Below, piece after piece: positions 62,036 through 64,000 of a stretch of DNA of 64,000 nucleotides. The DNA lies in assembly GCA_964016885.1 (NCBI GenBank), contig OZ024744.1:133734001-133798000 (forward strand), written 5' to 3'. Position 1 is the stretch's first letter. The number at the start of each line of letters is the position of its first letter. A model generated the notes under the pieces. The model was given only the letters and a program-made list of their open reading frames with translations, made no database searches and had not been told where the DNA came from. Source of the DNA: Eledone cirrhosa (lineage: Eukaryota). Position numbers and translations under genes: made by a program.

Positions 62036-64000
62036 TTAAGTTGGGGTTAAGTTAAGTTGGGGTTAAGTTAAGTTGGGGTTAATTTAAGTTGGGGTTGAGT
62101 TAAGTTGGGGTTAAGTTAATTTGGGGTTATATTAAGTTGGGGTTAAGTTAAGTTGGGGTTCAGTTAAGTTGGGGATAAGTTAAGTTGGGGTTAAGTTAAG
62201 TTGGGGTTAAGTTAAGGTGGGGTTAAGTTAAGTTGGTGTTGAGTTAAGTTGGGGCTAAGTTAAGTTGGGGCTGAGTTAAGTTGGGGCTGAGTTAAGTTGG
62301 GGTTAAGTTAAGTTGGGGTCAAGTTAAGTTGGGGTTACGTTGGGGTTAAGTTAAGTTGGGGTTAAGTTAAGTTGGGGTTAAGTTAATTTGTGGTTAAGTT
62401 AAGTTGGGGTTAAGTTAAGTTGGGGTTAAGTTAAGTTGGGGTTAAGTTAAGTCGGGGTTAAGTTAAGTTGGGGTTAAGTTAAGTTGGGGTTAAGTTAAGT
62501 TGGGGTTGAGTTAAGTTGGGGTTGAGTTAAATTGGGGTTGAGTTAAGTTGGGGTTGAGTTAAGTTGGTGTTGAGTTAAGTTGGGGTTAAGTTAAGTTGGG
62601 GTTAAGTTAAGTTGCAGTTAAGTTAAGTTGAGGTTAAGTTAAGGTGGGGTTAAGTTAAGTCGGGGTTAAGTTAAGTTGTGGTTGAGTTAAGTTGGGGTTA
62701 ATTTAAGTTGGGGCTAAGTTAATTTGTGGTTAAGTTAATTTGGGGTTAAGTTAAGTTGGGGTTGAGTTAAGTTGGGGTTGAGTTAATTTGGGGTTAAGTT
62801 AAGTTGGGGTTAATTTAAGTTGGGTTTAAGTTAATTTGGGCTTAAATTAAGTTGGGGTTAAATTAAGTTGGGGTTAAGTTAAGTTGGGGGTAAGTTAAGT
62901 TGGGGGCAAGTTAAGTTGGGGTTAATTTAAGTTGGGGTTAAATTAAGTTGGGGTTACGTTAAGTTGGTGTTAAGTTAAGTTGGGGTTAATTTAAGTTGGG
63001 GTTAATTAAGTTGGGGTTAAGTTAAGTTGGGGTTAAGTTAAGTTGGGGTTAATTTAAGTTGGGGTTGAGTTAAGTTGGGGTTAAGTTAAGTTGGGGTTAT
63101 ATTAAGTTGGGGTTAAGTTAAGTTGGGGTTCAGTTAAGTTGGGGATAGGTTAAGTTGGGGTTAAGTTAAGTTGGGGCTAAGTTAAGTTGGGGCTGAGTTA
63201 AGTTGGGGCTGAGTTAAGTTGGGGTTAAGTTAAGTTGGGGTTGAGTTAAGTTGGGGTTAAGTTAAGTTGGGGTCAAGTTAAGTTGGGGTGAAGTTGGGGT
63301 TAAGTTAAGTTAGGTTTAAGTTAAGTTGGGGTTAAGTTAAGTTGGGGTTAAGTTAAGTTGGGGTTAAGTTAAGTTGGGGTTAAGTTAAGTTGGGGTTAAG
63401 TTAATTTGTGGTTAAGTTAAGTTGGGGTTAAGTTAAGTTGGGGTTAAATTAAGTTGGGGTTAAGTTAAGTTGGGGTTAAGTTAAGTTGGGGTTAAGTTAA
63501 GTTGGGGATAAGTTAAGTTGGGGATAATTTAAGTTGGGGTTAAGTTAAGTTGGGTTTAAGTTAAGTTGGGGTTAAGTTAAGTTGGGGATAAGTTAAGTTG
63601 GGGTTAAGTTAAGTTGGGGTTAAGTTAAGTTGAGGCTAAGTTAAGTTGGGGCTGAGTTAAGTTGGGGTTAAGTTAAGTTGGGGTTAAGTTAAGTTGGGGT
63701 TAATTTAAGTTGGGGTTTATTTAAGTTGGGGTTACGTTAAGTTGGTGTTAAGTTAAGTTGGGGTTAATTTAAGTTGGGGTTAATTAAGTTGGGGTTAAGT
63801 TAAGTTGGGGTTAAGTTAAGATGGGGTTAATTTAAGTTGGGATTGATTTAAGTTGGGGTTAAGTTAAGTTGGGGTTAAGTTAAGTTGGTGTTAAGTTAAG
63901 TTGTGGCTAAGTTAAGTTGGGGCTGAGTTAAGTTGGGGCTGAGTTAAGTTGGGGTTAAGTTAAGTTGGGGTTGAGTTAAGTTGGGGTTAAGTTAAGTTGG

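Larger units (their letters stand above)
1..64000 (+). repeat. Tandem satellite / telomere-like array of a 16-bp monomer (TTAAGTTAAGTTGGGG)n, about 4,000 copies, running off both window ends
   Basis: Every line reads as TTAAG-TTAAG-TTGGGG or a 1-3 nt variant (TTGAG, TTCAG, CTAAG, CTGAG, ATAAG, TCAAG, TTACG in the first pentamer; TCGGGG, TTGAGG, TTGGTG, TTGTGG, TTGCAG, ATGGGG in the hexamer). Occasional 11-bp (TTAAGTTGGGG) and 15-bp (TTAATTAAGTTGGGG) units also occur. Confidence 0.99.

Noticed and set aside
1-64000. Protein-coding repeat ORF on either strand
   Set aside because: TTAA gives a TAA on both strands twice per monomer, and the 16-bp period shifts frame each unit, so all six frames hit stops within a few tens of bases.
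1-64000. CRISPR array
   Set aside because: There are no unique spacers; monomers abut directly, and no leader or cas genes are present.
1-64000. Canonical TTAGGG or TTAGG telomere tract
   Set aside because: TTAGGG and TTAGG appear only as isolated variant monomers (e.g. near 2158 and 4166) and never in tandem.
1-64000. Assignment to a specific organism or named satellite family
   Set aside because: There is no unique sequence to anchor taxonomy and I do not recognise the 16-mer with certainty; a database search is required.

Overview
The whole 64-kb window is one satellite-like tandem array of a 16-bp monomer, consensus TTAAG-TTAAG-TTGGGG on the + strand (about 4,000 copies; consensus 6T/4A/6G/0C, so an extreme G-versus-C strand bias). 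I see no genes, RNA genes, transposon ORFs or CRISPR spacers; the palindromic TTAA occurs twice per monomer and closes all six reading frames. The array has hidden structure. (i) Seven near-identical 173-bp inverted (C-rich) cassettes start at 6581, 13701, 25399, 35472, 43651, 47832 and 60600, each opening with a spacer-less palindrome centred on GGGGTT|AACCCC. (ii) Variant monomers recur in a fixed order, giving a higher-order repeat of about 2-3 kb. (iii) Nested duplications of about 175, 363, 539, 2008, 2940, 4181 and 10,100 bp can be read from shared variants, and some recombination breakpoints are visible inside single monomers. The monomer resembles a compound telomeric repeat (TTAGG-like pentamers plus TTGGGG), but the organism and chromosomal position cannot be determined from this window. 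All offsets were counted by eye from marker variants, and duplication boundaries are approximate.
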